From IMG/VR virus record IMGVR_UViG_3300025868_000002, positions 1 to 64,000 of that record: a stretch of 64,000 nucleotides of DNA; one strand, 5' to 3'. Below are positions 21,620 through 33,078 of this stretch, in pieces. Below the pieces are notes generated by a model, which was not told where the DNA came from, did no database searches, and saw only the letters and a list, made by a program, of their open reading frames with translations. The first letter of the stretch is position 1. The number at the start of each line of letters is the position of its first letter. The stretch is from a virus. Its lineage: Duplodnaviria > Caudoviricetes. The translations under genes were made by a program, and so were the position numbers.

Positions 21620-22597
21620 CTAAAAATTATATGTATTAAGTATTGTATACATTACTGCCAGTGACATTGAATACCCGCCTGTTGTATATCTAGTAAAAAA
21701 GTCTACAATATTAATATCTGCCGATCTTACATTAATAAATAAGGATTCTGGATATATAATAACACAGCTACTGTCACAAAAATCAATTAGTGACTCATTT
21801 AGCTTATAAATCATTTCGCCATGCTTTACGTAATCTATTTTATCCCACCCCATAGTATATACTTTGTCATAAACAAGAGAAGATGAAATACCAATATACC
21901 CCGTGCCATAAAATGAATATTTATTTAGATTATTTCTTATTTCCTCTATATTACTTGGTAATAACGAGAAGTTAACGCCGTCAAAATCACCATTATCTAC
22001 TTGTGTGCCATGTGTTTCCGTATACCCAGAATAAAAAGTTCTATATTTTGTTCTTTGTATGTTTAATCCCCAGATGTAAACTCCAGTATTTGGCACACCG
22101 GAGACATTAGTGTAATTAGGGTACACAACACTTGTGAAGTAACCATTAGCATCTGATGTTGCTTGTGGGTCACACATAAACCAACACCGATACCACCCGG
22201 CATTATTTATTTTTTCAACCCCATATGAAATGGTATCCAACCCAACAGTAGAACTAAAAAAGCATTCCCCACCAATAAAATTGATAATTATACCTAGTGT
22301 GTTGCTGTATGACACCCCGTTGATAGCAAATAGTGTCTTTATATTGTCATCTGTGTATGCCTTGAAAAATCCAGAAACAATTATATTGTTTGTTGCCAAT
22401 ATACTGCTAGTATCTGATACTATGTAATATGAAAAAGACGGAGTTGGCCCTAACCAACTTTCGGCAATAGTACCATTTGGGGAAATACCATTAGATCCCT
22501 GGATTGCCGTGGGCAACCCCCACCCAGATGAATCTACATAAGAAACACTATTCTTAAGTAAATTTTGTCTTCCTCTTGCTAAATACATTATAACCAA
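21620..22597 (-). CDS. Virion beta-sandwich protein (spike/fibre-domain-like)
   Basis: RQNLLKNS...GWYRCW...GVYIWGLNIQ pattern common in phage fibre/spike domains. Confidence 0.55.
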   Translation of the reverse strand: MVIMYLARGRQNLLKNSVSYVDSSGWGLPTAIQGSNGISPNGTIAESWLGPTPSFSYYIVSDTSSILATNNIIVSGFFKAYTDDNIKTLFAINGVSYSNTLGIIINFIGGECFFSSTVGLDTISYGVEKINNAGWYRCWFMCDPQATSDANGYFTSVVYPNYTNVSGVPNTGVYIWGLNIQRTKYRTFYSGYTETHGTQVDNGDFDGVNFSLLPSNIEEIRNNLNKYSFYGTGYIGISSSLVYDKVYTMGWDKIDYVKHGEMIYKLNESLIDFCDSSCVIIYPESLFINVRSADINIVDFFTRYTTGGYSMSLAVMYTILNTYNF

Positions 22598-23544
22598 CTA
22601 CCTGTTAAAATAAAGGGTAACCGAATATCTACTGTAGGATTACCACTAGTATTTTTATAATCTAATATTTTTGTACCAAACTTAATTGTATACGGGTGTA
22701 TTAACGCATTACCATACGTGTCATAAAACCAAGTTACTTTATTGGTATCCTGTTCAAACTGTGCCCCATCTAAATATAATCCTCTACTAACAGCCAAAGA
22801 CCAATTATAATCTATATAAATAACAGGTATTAATGAGTTACCCAATTCAGAATGTTTCATAGCATCAAAATAAACATACATTCTGGACCAATTATTGCTA
22901 TATTTAATAACACCGCCAGGCAACTCTGATGAGGAAGCACTATACGAAAATGTGTCACCTACTACGTCAAAAATACCACTATATGATGCGTCTGTAATAG
23001 GCGAATAAAGCTGTAAACATATTTTATCAGTATTAAGATTTTTCCCAAATACTGAAAACATATTATGGTAGCTGGCCATAATATTGGTATCCTTATGCTT
23101 CAGATAAGAAGAAACAGCAGATCCTGCCCCATTGATATATGCATTGGCATGTCTCTTTTTATTAAAAGTCAAGGTGGTTACTGGAGAAATAACCTGACCA
23201 CCGGGTGATATACCCCAATAGATATTGCCTTCATTATAATCAATGTGACTACTCGGAAATAAATTTTTGTATGTTGCAACATTAGGCATTTTATTAAAAA
23301 ACAAAGTTCCATCAGAATTTTCTAAATCACTAATAAATGAATACATCCTATTGATGGCTATCGGAATACTTCCCCAAATAAGATCCCCACTTACACCGGT
23401 TGAATCCATATAAAACAGTGTTCTTGGCCCATCAAGTGGCTTTATTGTATTCCTATTTTTATTATTGAGCACAACATCAGTTGGATTAACTTTAAAAAAA
23501 ATTAAACCACCAGAAGAAGGCAAAAAAGTAAAATTGTGAAACAT
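22588..23544 (-). CDS. Virion beta-sandwich protein, probable paralogue of 21620-22597
   Basis: NNWSRMYV...GLYLDGAQFEQ, the same motif family as its neighbour. Confidence 0.5.
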   Translation of the reverse strand: MFHNFTFLPSSGGLIFFKVNPTDVVLNNKNRNTIKPLDGPRTLFYMDSTGVSGDLIWGSIPIAINRMYSFISDLENSDGTLFFNKMPNVATYKNLFPSSHIDYNEGNIYWGISPGGQVISPVTTLTFNKKRHANAYINGAGSAVSSYLKHKDTNIMASYHNMFSVFGKNLNTDKICLQLYSPITDASYSGIFDVVGDTFSYSASSSELPGGVIKYSNNWSRMYVYFDAMKHSELGNSLIPVIYIDYNWSLAVSRGLYLDGAQFEQDTNKVTWFYDTYGNALIHPYTIKFGTKILDYKNTSGNPTVDIRLPFILTGSWL

Positions 23545-24149
23545 TATAAATCCTCAGTATAAATAGTTCTGTACCCAAATAAAAGTATTTCAAACGGATA
23601 ATTTGGCAGACTATAAAATTGTGTTGAATCCATAAATGAATTTGATGCCACATCAAATAATTTAAAATTTATAGTCCTTCCAGAAGAATAGGAATAAGAA
23701 TCAAAAATTGGTCTATACCCTTTATATAATGGATTTGTAGGAATAATACCCAATCTAACGTATGGGGCATACGGCTCAAAAACTAATTCCCCTAATAAAG
23801 GTATATTAAACATAGACGATGTACTATCAAAAACATCAGATATTTCTATTATATCAGTGGTATCTTCCTGCAAAGCAATGCCGTAATTTGAAAAATTACC
23901 ATTAACAAACCCCGATAATGTTCCGCTAACGCTTCTAAAAGATACAGAGCCATAAAACATACTATAGTGACCTTCAGGAGAGACATATGAATAGAAAGAT
24001 AAGTAGCTAAACTTATTTAATGTAGATAATATATTAGATAGCTCAACACCAGATAATAATTCTGGATTACCATGACTGCCAGGTAAATTACCGGCCGCAC
24101 CGTGAAAGTTAAACACATTATCATATGTATCTGTTATGCTATACGCCAT
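23544..24149 (-). CDS. Tail-module hypothetical protein
   Basis: Translationally coupled within the tail cluster; Y/S/F-rich beta-type composition. Confidence 0.55.
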   Translation of the reverse strand: MAYSITDTYDNVFNFHGAAGNLPGSHGNPELLSGVELSNILSTLNKFSYLSFYSYVSPEGHYSMFYGSVSFRSVSGTLSGFVNGNFSNYGIALQEDTTDIIEISDVFDSTSSMFNIPLLGELVFEPYAPYVRLGIIPTNPLYKGYRPIFDSYSYSSGRTINFKLFDVASNSFMDSTQFYSLPNYPFEILLFGYRTIYTEDL

Positions 24150-24157
24150 CGTTTCTC

Positions 24158-25144
24158 CTAAGATTCATAAACGTCGTCACCGCGTCCGCCACCAAGGGTA
24201 TTTGTTTTATAAACACCATAAGATGACCAATCCATACTATCTGGGCCTGTTTTTGAATCTATTTGGTGCCATAAGCGATAAAATGTATTGGGATTAAGTT
24301 CTTCTATAATTTTTTCATGTATTGCCGATGTATAAATAGCATCCCATGCAGAATAAAAAATATCGCCGTATCCTATACCTGTTGTGGCATCATTGGTTGT
24401 CCAAGCTTGTGCCTTAAATCTAGTTTTAGTAGCCCACAAAACATGAGTATAATCAGCATCTAAATTAGTGTATGTGTACCCCAATATTCTAAATCTATGA
24501 GAGGATGCGTATAGGGTATCCGTTTCAAAATACGGCTCAGACGGATTGTAAAATAATCTATCAGTATGATCAACATTTGACTGAAAAAGGGACTCTAAAT
24601 ATATCTTTAGCCCAAATTCACCATATTTTCCGTCTGGGGGAGTATATCTGGTAATGGTAGATGAATCAACAGACATTAGACCTATGGAACACCACATTAT
24701 AGAAGAATCCGTATGCGTAATATCATTTATCACCGGAAATAAATTTTTTGTGACACCAAGCGACGCATTAGAGACAAACAGCAAAGGTGTTTGATCACTT
24801 TTAAGCACAAAATCAGAATTGAATGTAACATCTAACGAAATATAACCATTAGTAGCATCCATTTTTGGCGTTATGCCCGTAACAAAATCAGTATCAAACC
24901 CAAAACCAAAAGGGACATCCCAAGAATTCGACGACAAGTCATAAGTTAGGCATACAGGGACATAGGCCGGTATTCGCACGCCGCTTAATAAAGGAATATA
25001 TAAGGAATCTGTTATACTATCAACATGCTCTACTATTCTGGTATATAAAGATTTATCTAACGTATGTAAGTATCCACCGGAAAATAAAGATGTTGGGTAT
25101 CTTCCTAAATTAGTCTGGTCTGCATTCGCATATATTTTGCCCAT
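24158..25144 (-). CDS. Tail-module hypothetical protein
   Basis: RBS GGAG upstream; lies in the tail cluster. Confidence 0.55.
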   Translation of the reverse strand: MGKIYANADQTNLGRYPTSLFSGGYLHTLDKSLYTRIVEHVDSITDSLYIPLLSGVRIPAYVPVCLTYDLSSNSWDVPFGFGFDTDFVTGITPKMDATNGYISLDVTFNSDFVLKSDQTPLLFVSNASLGVTKNLFPVINDITHTDSSIMWCSIGLMSVDSSTITRYTPPDGKYGEFGLKIYLESLFQSNVDHTDRLFYNPSEPYFETDTLYASSHRFRILGYTYTNLDADYTHVLWATKTRFKAQAWTTNDATTGIGYGDIFYSAWDAIYTSAIHEKIIEELNPNTFYRLWHQIDSKTGPDSMDWSSYGVYKTNTLGGGRGDDVYES

Positions 25145-26623
25145 CTACTTTTTCCTCTTACCATAAAAAGATAAATAAAATGATTTTGGTACAGTAAACG
25201 GATGATACTTTTCTAAAGAAGTAACATCAGTATAAACACCATTGTTAAAATATTGATATTTTACTATAACAGTAGTATCACTTATATACGGAATAATCCT
25301 ATACATTGTTCCGTCATCCTGCGTGAATTCGGGTGATATAACAGGACCAAATAGGGATAACTGATAATTTTTTGTTAATGCAATTCCCATAAACGTACTA
25401 CTATCAGTTATAAATGAGTTATCTGTATATGTGTCAGAAATATTTTCATCTATAGATAAATACGGATTACTTATATTGCATGTATATTTAAATGTATATA
25501 TCTTTGGCATTTGGTTATTATACATATATGCCGAATTATAAAATCTCCCAAAATAGCTAAGTATTGTTTCAAGTGAATTCCATGTTGTGTAACTATAGGC
25601 AGCATCGTTTTTATTTATGTTCCACCAATTACCCGGGGTATAATAATCAATAATAAATGTTTTCCCACCTTTAACATTGGCATAATTTTGGGTTTCAATA
25701 GTATGCGATAATATGGGAAAGTTGCTTTCATAGATGGCACAATTATTACTTGTATCTAAAGACGAAGCATCATTTAATTTATAAAATGACATATATGAAT
25801 CATATATATACCACGTTGCTGTATAAGTGCTTATATTTTTTAATAAAAGTGTTGTGTTAGAAAATGAGGAGTCACTTATAAGATCCATTAATGACCTGGG
25901 GACACTAAAAGAATGTTGTATAATTCCTGAGCCAAATAATGGTACCCCTATAACACCAAGATATGTGCCATCAGTACCTGTGGAATAATCAAGATAAACT
26001 GTCATGTCACTATCCGGGTATACCTCATACCCTGATGTGTCAATATGAACAACACCATGTGTTACATTCGATACTAATGGGTTTAACCGTAGTATCCTTA
26101 ATACACCTGAATTTTGCCTTGGATATATGCCATATTCTAATCTTGGTTCATCTGAATAAATATATTCTATATTTTGTGTGTTAGACACATCTGAAATATC
26201 AGAGCTATCCCAAAACATTATGCAATCTGTTCCATCTATATCTTCAGTTCTATCTATAAAGCAAGTATTATCTGTATATAATATTCCATCTGTATATAAA
26301 ATAGATGCATAATTATAAGATACGATAGAAGATATACCTGTAATAGATTTGGATATGCTTAATGAATTAATTGTAAAATCGGAAAAAGCAGAATCACCAT
26401 TTAATAAAGATCCTCCAGAACTTATTGTGGTGTGAAATCCATCAACTGTTGTATCAAAATAATAATTCGGTGGTATAGTATACTCAAAGTGGGAACCCCC
26501 CACATGTATTTTATCTGAAAATATAGTACTAGTATAAGGATATGTCGTATAAATAACGATAGACATATCAGAATTATTTACATAACTATTTTTTAACCAC
26601 TCAATAATTAAATTTGTGTACAT
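25145..26623 (-). CDS. Tail-module hypothetical protein
   Basis: 492-aa Y/S/T/D-rich ORF in the tail cluster. Confidence 0.55.
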   Translation of the reverse strand: MYTNLIIEWLKNSYVNNSDMSIVIYTTYPYTSTIFSDKIHVGGSHFEYTIPPNYYFDTTVDGFHTTISSGGSLLNGDSAFSDFTINSLSISKSITGISSIVSYNYASILYTDGILYTDNTCFIDRTEDIDGTDCIMFWDSSDISDVSNTQNIEYIYSDEPRLEYGIYPRQNSGVLRILRLNPLVSNVTHGVVHIDTSGYEVYPDSDMTVYLDYSTGTDGTYLGVIGVPLFGSGIIQHSFSVPRSLMDLISDSSFSNTTLLLKNISTYTATWYIYDSYMSFYKLNDASSLDTSNNCAIYESNFPILSHTIETQNYANVKGGKTFIIDYYTPGNWWNINKNDAAYSYTTWNSLETILSYFGRFYNSAYMYNNQMPKIYTFKYTCNISNPYLSIDENISDTYTDNSFITDSSTFMGIALTKNYQLSLFGPVISPEFTQDDGTMYRIIPYISDTTVIVKYQYFNNGVYTDVTSLEKYHPFTVPKSFYLSFYGKRKK

Positions 26624-26630
26624 ATGCCAC

Positions 26631-28307
26631 CTATACTGTATAACTAGTCTTATATTCCCAATTTGTTGCTTGACCGGTCTCTGAATCTGTTGACCTTATG
26701 TAAATATCGTATGTACCAGGCAATAGCCCTTTTGTGAGTGATTGATTTCTTGGCCCAACTTCCCAATCTGACCATGTTGAATCACTACTATACGGGCCAA
26801 TTTGCCTTACCTGAGTTTTTGCTAAAATGTCTATTTGCCCAAGATTACTGTTTTCTATCAAACCAACGACATTTGATGTAACTTTTATAGTTGCTGTCTT
26901 AATAGTTAACTGTGTTATCAAGTTAGTCAAATCAGAATACCCGCCATGCGAACCGAATCCTGAATATGTCTCTGTAGTCGCCGTATAACAAGAAAACACC
27001 GGATTTGCAGAACTATCTATTGGAACAATATATTTTGTTCCGGAAAAAATATTAGGGTGCCAATATGGTGACAAATTCAAGTAACTATTAGTAACTGCGG
27101 AAGAATCTTTATACGTCCCTGTCGGCAACGCACCGCGTATACCATTAATGGGGTCTTCAAATGTGCCAGTCATCTCAGGCACAACGGGGCGCAAATCGGG
27201 GATATACATCCACCCAGAATCTTCCCAAAAATAAGTAAAATCTCCAGTACCAACAAAAATTGTTGTTAAATCAGACAAATTAGGATAATTTGTGCCTAAA
27301 TAAATATCACCTGGGCCACCATATCCAACTGTTTCAAAAACATCAGCTTCATCGTAATACATTTTGCTATTTAGTGGTACGTGCATAGAATTGTATCCGA
27401 CACAATCAGTAAAATCTAATGCATTTGCAACGCCATAACCGGAAGTTGTATTAGCCCTAAAACCTATATTATTGTATATTATATTATTCTTAAAATATAA
27501 TTTATTTTCATTAGTATTAGTTAAATCACCAGATAACCAACTAACTGTTTGGTTATATACCCCAGTACCATCCGTAATAATTTGTGTGCAATTTTTCATT
27601 GTAAAGTCTAAATATTCGCCAGACTCATTAAGATAGAGATTAAATATTGGCCCATAATTTTCATTATATATAATGCACTTTTCAAGCTTTAGTCCTGTCG
27701 CCTTTAGAAGAGTGTTATTTGTCCTAACGGGAAATTTTAAATTTAAAAAGAAGCAAGCAGAAAAATCAACATAAATCTTTGACCCGCCATAAACATAGGC
27801 CCCAGTAGCTTGATCTGAAATTAACGTATGTGCTTGTCCTTCAAACCAGCATCTTTGCACTTTAAATCTAGTATCACCATCCAATAACAAGCTACTAAAC
27901 ATTATACCAGCACAGGTTGCAGTATTGGTAGTTGGAAAGTAAAATTTTAAATCTTTAATTATCCAATAATTAGCATAAGTACCAAAATAAACAGGATATC
28001 CAGAAGTGTCATCCGTAGGGCCTTCAATTGTCGGGACATTATTATTACCATTAGGGTCGTATCCCTCCAGCACGACAAATTCCCCATTACCCCATCCATA
28101 GCCCTGTGTACCAACAGTATCTAACAGCCTACTTGAAACAAAGACATAATTTTGCCCGGTATAGCATACCTTAATTATATCGCCTGGTTTACCATATAGC
28201 TCAAATGTGTCAGCTAATTTAATCCAAGTCTTAAACGCATTAGTATACGATAAGCCACTATATCCGTCATTTCCCGCCGTGTTATCCAACCACCACGTTT
28301 TACCCAT
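26631..28307 (-). CDS. Right-handed beta-helix (pectin-lyase-fold) tail protein, possible depolymerase
   Basis: WWLDNTAGNDGYSG...AFKT...PGDIIKV start and repeated (I/F)xN(C/N)II-type rungs. Confidence 0.65.
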   Translation of the reverse strand: MGKTWWLDNTAGNDGYSGLSYTNAFKTWIKLADTFELYGKPGDIIKVCYTGQNYVFVSSRLLDTVGTQGYGWGNGEFVVLEGYDPNGNNNVPTIEGPTDDTSGYPVYFGTYANYWIIKDLKFYFPTTNTATCAGIMFSSLLLDGDTRFKVQRCWFEGQAHTLISDQATGAYVYGGSKIYVDFSACFFLNLKFPVRTNNTLLKATGLKLEKCIIYNENYGPIFNLYLNESGEYLDFTMKNCTQIITDGTGVYNQTVSWLSGDLTNTNENKLYFKNNIIYNNIGFRANTTSGYGVANALDFTDCVGYNSMHVPLNSKMYYDEADVFETVGYGGPGDIYLGTNYPNLSDLTTIFVGTGDFTYFWEDSGWMYIPDLRPVVPEMTGTFEDPINGIRGALPTGTYKDSSAVTNSYLNLSPYWHPNIFSGTKYIVPIDSSANPVFSCYTATTETYSGFGSHGGYSDLTNLITQLTIKTATIKVTSNVVGLIENSNLGQIDILAKTQVRQIGPYSSDSTWSDWEVGPRNQSLTKGLLPGTYDIYIRSTDSETGQATNWEYKTSYTV

Positions 28308-28309
28308 AT

Positions 28310-31300
28310 CTAACCTCTTCTGCCAATACGCCTATAGTCTCCGTTATATGCCTTGCTAATCCCGTCATAAGCAGCTTTTTCAGGGTCACCTTGATTGGAA
28401 GTAACCACAATTACCGGAAGACCACCACCGATAAGTGCTGGAGACGGCGTAACAAAATCTGCCGGGGCATTTATTAATTTAGCAAGCAGATCAAATTTTT
28501 GGCTATTTCTAGTAATAGCCTCTGTATTCGACCGTAATGCGTCTGTATTTGCCTCATATATCTTTGGTTCTACCTGTTTGGGGGCACTTTTATGCCCACC
28601 GCCGAATAGACCACCAACAATTCCACCCAATAAAGCACCAGCAACACCAGCAATAGGGTTAGCCTTAAATATTGCTAAGCCTGCTAGCTGACCAAATGAT
28701 GATCCCAGCCCGGCATTCCTGGCGGCTTCCGCAGAATTCCCACCAGCCGCTGCTCCTAGCACTTGGCCAAGCATGCTACTCATGCCATATAGCAATGCAT
28801 TGCTTGCTTGTGTTTTTGCAAGCTGTCGTGCTGATAACAAATTTCCTTCAATATCGTATTGCTGCCCAATGATTTGTATATCGTTTAATCTGTTTATTCC
28901 CTTATTTGTGCCTGTAACTCCTTCAATAAATTTTTTATCTGTAGCTGTTGGTGATGGCGAAAAATTATAAAATACGCCAGCATCATTTTTTTCCGGTGTC
29001 CCCTGCACCAACGGATTCGCAAGATATGCTGATGCCCCCCGCTGTATCCCAGAAATAATATGACTTTCTAAAATACCACCACCAATATCATAAGTATTCA
29101 GTTGCTTTGCTTCATCAACACTAATCTCAAATGTGGCTGTTCCAAGGCTTTTTTCAGAAAATCCCCTTAAAGAGTCGCTAAGATACGTTTTTAACTTATC
29201 TGAAAGGAAAGATTTCCACGCATCCGCAATAGGGGTAAGCAGTTTAACTAAACCGCCATTTTCAGTAACTATGGCACCAATATTGTTTAGTATACCAACA
29301 AGGGCGTCTGCATAATTTGTGGCTAAGCTGTTTATGTCGGATTGTGCCTGCTTATTATATTCCAAAAGGGTATTTAATTTTATAAGCTGCTTCTCCCTTT
29401 CCTCACCTATTATAATTCTTTGTTTTTCATAAGTATTTGATTCCAACTCTTTATTAAGTTGCTGACTAAGTGTATCTAATTGTTTCTTTTGATTGTCACT
29501 TAACTCTTTGGAGAATTTTGGCAATTCACCGCTAGCCACGACCATATCTAACAAAGCATTAAGGTTATCCCGGTTAACACCTAAAGCTGAAACTTGGGCC
29601 TTATATGTAGCTATAATATTATTCCGTTGATCTTCTACAGCCCTTTTTTGCAGCTTAAATGATTCTGTTGCAGAATCTATAGAAACAGAGTACTTTTTAA
29701 ATATATCGCTACCAGCCAATAATTCTCTATTGGCTGTTACAACACCTAACACTTTCTTGGAATATTGCCCATATTGCTGTATAAGTTTTGCGTTTTCTTC
29801 CCTTACACCAGTTATACTATTAATGGTTAGGGTATACTCATTATTTATTGATCTCAATCTTTCTTTATATTTAGTATAAATACTTATTAGTTCTTCATTC
29901 TTTTTTCTTTCTTTATCTATCAATTCTTGATTGTATTTTTTTTCATTATATAAATTAGCGTTTGCTTCCACAAGCCCTGTAATCTTTTTAGTAAGGTCCT
30001 GAACTGTGAGTGCTTCCTTATCCGTTAATTCTGAGCTTTTATTAATTTTTTGTAATCTATCTCTATAAATACCAAGTAATTTAGAATTACTTTTAATCTG
30101 CGCGTCATAATTTTCTAATGATGCATTACTTATTATTTCTGATGATTCCTTTATTCTTCCTTGCAATTTTGACAAAACGGTTGATGATAGATCTTTACCA
30201 AAAATTGCTGCTGATTCAAGTGCCCTATTAAAAGATAATTCGACAAGCTTTACTCCGGATGCTAATTTAGCAAGACCACTATAGCCACTAGTAATTTTCT
30301 TCGGTAAATCACCAATTCCGTCTCCTCCGGCGGTAGCAACCTTAATTATATTTTTTATCTGCTCAATAAATGCTTTTGTTTTTGGATCTGACTCGTCAAA
30401 TGTTTTATTTATTGCTCTCATTCTTTCAGCATATGTTTCTAATGCTTCTTTTGAAGCATCTGATTGCAGATAATTAGGAAGAATATTAGACTGCAACACT
30501 ATATCAGATACTTTCGCCTGTACATTATTGATATCCGTAATTTTTCCATACATATCTGATACTTGACCTTTAATAACATTAGGGTCAACCACTAAATTTG
30601 GCGTGGCATTTAGTTTATATTTAATACCACCGGCATATCGCGGGGACTGCATGCTAGCAGCTAATTCATGGTTAGCAACAATAAAGTTTGAAAGAAGCCG
30701 TGTCATAAACTCATTTATTTGTGCCTTTATTTCTGGATCGCTTATTTGCTTGGGGTCAAACAATGCCCCAAAAGCTGTATCGGGATCAAATGTTAGTTTG
30801 TCTAATTCATCTTGTACTGCTTTATTTAAGGCAGGGCCAATTTGATTCAGTGTCACAATTTCCTTTGGAAGATTACTGATAATACCATTAAGAACCCCAC
30901 CAAGATCTAAACCACTAAGAGTGGTAAAAGCGTCACCTATATCATACGCGTTATCCGCAATATTAGCGGCATCTAATTCGGAATTGATTTTGACAAAAGC
31001 AAGGCCAACTTTTTCTAATTGTGCTCGGTATGTATCAAGCTCCTGACCAGCACCAAGCCTGGTAGTGTTAATAAAACCAATTATATCGGACATTCCCTGC
31101 ACAGAATCTTTAACTGCTTTTGCTTTTTCCTCGGCAGTTGTAAAACCGCCTTCCATCTTTTCCAGGGCTGCTACAATTTGATCATAAGTAATATTACTTA
31201 AATCTTTTGACACACCTTTAAGATTTGTTAATATTCCTAACAATGAGTTAGCTGCAAACTTACCCTCAGTGAAAACTTTTGGGCCAAGATACTTGCCTAT

Positions 31301-33067
31301 TGCCGAAACACCACCAAGATCTTTAAACTGTTTAGACACCGCATAATAACGGTTTAACATGTCTATAACATCTTTACCTGCATTAGCGAACCCCTTGTAA
31401 ACATGTGATAAATCTTTTACTGGTGGTGTAGCGTCTTCTGTGGCTTTCTTAAATATTCCAAAATAAGAAATAACACCTAAAATAACAGCGCCAACTGTTA
31501 ACAATATTGGAGACAAATTTGCAACTAAAAGTTTTTCAATATGTGACAAAGCCGCTCCAAATGCAAAAAGTGATGTTAAACTACTCGTAGTAAACACACC
31601 AAAAAGCTCCCAAGCCGCAACGGTAAACACACGAAGAGCAACAGTTACCCCAGCTATGAGTGGCCAAATTTTCTTTAAAATAAAAAAGTTAACTAATACA
31701 GTAGCAAAAAATCCTGTAACTTTAATAGCGGTTGCAATAGATGAAGCATACTTCTTTATAAAATCTGCTGTATGCTGCAAATTCTTTGCAAAATTAGCAA
31801 GACCTTCGTTAGCATCTGTTGTATGGGAAAAAGCGGCAATAATAGCTAATCCAGCGTTTGTAATTTTGGTTTTGAAAATTTCAAACTGTCTAGAAGTTGA
31901 AGTAATCTCAATCTGTTGGGCCTCCAAAGCGGCACCAAAAGAATTTGATGCCGATGCCGCAGCGCTTAATGCTGTGTCATAATTATCCATTAAACTAATA
32001 ACCTGTGCATAACGCCTACGAGCACCAAGGGCGAATGCTATACTAATTTTTTCTTGCTTGCTTAAATTTTTCCACTTAATGGCTACTTCATCAAGTATTT
32101 GTGAAAGTGGCTTAAATTCCGTGGCTGTTTTGTTTATATCAATACCAATAATTTTTAATTGATTAGTACCCACACCAGTAAAGATACGAGAAAAAATGGT
32201 AGATAAAGCAGTACCAATAAACTCACCACTTTTTCGCGTGCTCTCCTTTAAAGAAGTAATAATTCCGATAACGTGATCTATATCCCCCCCAAATTGCTCA
32301 ACAACAGGGCCAACTCTACGTAAAGCAACAGCAATATCCTGTGTAGAAACTGCGTAATTGGCCTGAACATTCTGCAATTTATCAATGAGTGTTATTGATC
32401 TTTCTGCGGAAATATTAAAAACAGACATAGAGCCAATCATAAGCTCAATGCTCTCTTGGGCGGATAACCCGGAAGCAGTAACAGCTAATAATTGAGAATT
32501 GGTTAACGTTATAACTTGGGCTGTATCAAACCCTTGTTGGAAGAATAATCTTTGAGTTTCGGCAATTTCTTTAAAAGCGACACCAAATTGTTCCGCAGAA
32601 CTTAAAATATTTGCCCTAATTGGGGCAATATCAAAAGACGGGCCACGAATTTTTTGTATATCAACTAAAGTTTTATTTAAAGCAATAGTATTCTTTAATG
32701 CGTCGCCAATACCCTGTATTGTGTTAAAAACAAGCCTGGAAGCAGCTCCCCATAGGACAACACGACGAATAGCAGTAAAAATATCACTATTAAATTCTTT
32801 TACTCCCGCATTTGCACCATTAACTCCCTTAGCAACCTCCCTAGCCTTGTTGGCAGCTTCCCCAAGATTCTTATTAGCCTGCTTGGTGGCATCACCAGCA
32901 GTTTTACTCATCGCCGCTGATGTGCTGTTACTTATACTTTTGCCAAGGGCAGCAACTCTACCCCCAAGCTTTGCCTCCATTTGTGACAATGCGGCATCAA
33001 TACCACGCATCATTTGCGTAGGATCAAATACACCTGTAATTACAAATCTTGCAGTATCTGAAGCCAT
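28310..33067 (-). CDS. Tape measure protein (TP901-type core), 1585 aa
   Basis: DIAVALRRVGPV...GEFIGTALSTIFSRI TP901 core, Ala/Gly-rich TM-like stretch, long coiled coil. Confidence 0.92.
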   Translation of the reverse strand: MASDTARFVITGVFDPTQMMRGIDAALSQMEAKLGGRVAALGKSISNSTSAAMSKTAGDATKQANKNLGEAANKAREVAKGVNGANAGVKEFNSDIFTAIRRVVLWGAASRLVFNTIQGIGDALKNTIALNKTLVDIQKIRGPSFDIAPIRANILSSAEQFGVAFKEIAETQRLFFQQGFDTAQVITLTNSQLLAVTASGLSAQESIELMIGSMSVFNISAERSITLIDKLQNVQANYAVSTQDIAVALRRVGPVVEQFGGDIDHVIGIITSLKESTRKSGEFIGTALSTIFSRIFTGVGTNQLKIIGIDINKTATEFKPLSQILDEVAIKWKNLSKQEKISIAFALGARRRYAQVISLMDNYDTALSAAASASNSFGAALEAQQIEITSTSRQFEIFKTKITNAGLAIIAAFSHTTDANEGLANFAKNLQHTADFIKKYASSIATAIKVTGFFATVLVNFFILKKIWPLIAGVTVALRVFTVAAWELFGVFTTSSLTSLFAFGAALSHIEKLLVANLSPILLTVGAVILGVISYFGIFKKATEDATPPVKDLSHVYKGFANAGKDVIDMLNRYYAVSKQFKDLGGVSAIGKYLGPKVFTEGKFAANSLLGILTNLKGVSKDLSNITYDQIVAALEKMEGGFTTAEEKAKAVKDSVQGMSDIIGFINTTRLGAGQELDTYRAQLEKVGLAFVKINSELDAANIADNAYDIGDAFTTLSGLDLGGVLNGIISNLPKEIVTLNQIGPALNKAVQDELDKLTFDPDTAFGALFDPKQISDPEIKAQINEFMTRLLSNFIVANHELAASMQSPRYAGGIKYKLNATPNLVVDPNVIKGQVSDMYGKITDINNVQAKVSDIVLQSNILPNYLQSDASKEALETYAERMRAINKTFDESDPKTKAFIEQIKNIIKVATAGGDGIGDLPKKITSGYSGLAKLASGVKLVELSFNRALESAAIFGKDLSSTVLSKLQGRIKESSEIISNASLENYDAQIKSNSKLLGIYRDRLQKINKSSELTDKEALTVQDLTKKITGLVEANANLYNEKKYNQELIDKERKKNEELISIYTKYKERLRSINNEYTLTINSITGVREENAKLIQQYGQYSKKVLGVVTANRELLAGSDIFKKYSVSIDSATESFKLQKRAVEDQRNNIIATYKAQVSALGVNRDNLNALLDMVVASGELPKFSKELSDNQKKQLDTLSQQLNKELESNTYEKQRIIIGEEREKQLIKLNTLLEYNKQAQSDINSLATNYADALVGILNNIGAIVTENGGLVKLLTPIADAWKSFLSDKLKTYLSDSLRGFSEKSLGTATFEISVDEAKQLNTYDIGGGILESHIISGIQRGASAYLANPLVQGTPEKNDAGVFYNFSPSPTATDKKFIEGVTGTNKGINRLNDIQIIGQQYDIEGNLLSARQLAKTQASNALLYGMSSMLGQVLGAAAGGNSAEAARNAGLGSSFGQLAGLAIFKANPIAGVAGALLGGIVGGLFGGGHKSAPKQVEPKIYEANTDALRSNTEAITRNSQKFDLLAKLINAPADFVTPSPALIGGGLPVIVVTSNQGDPEKAAYDGISKAYNGDYRRIGRRG

Positions 33068-33078
33068 TTAATTCTCCG

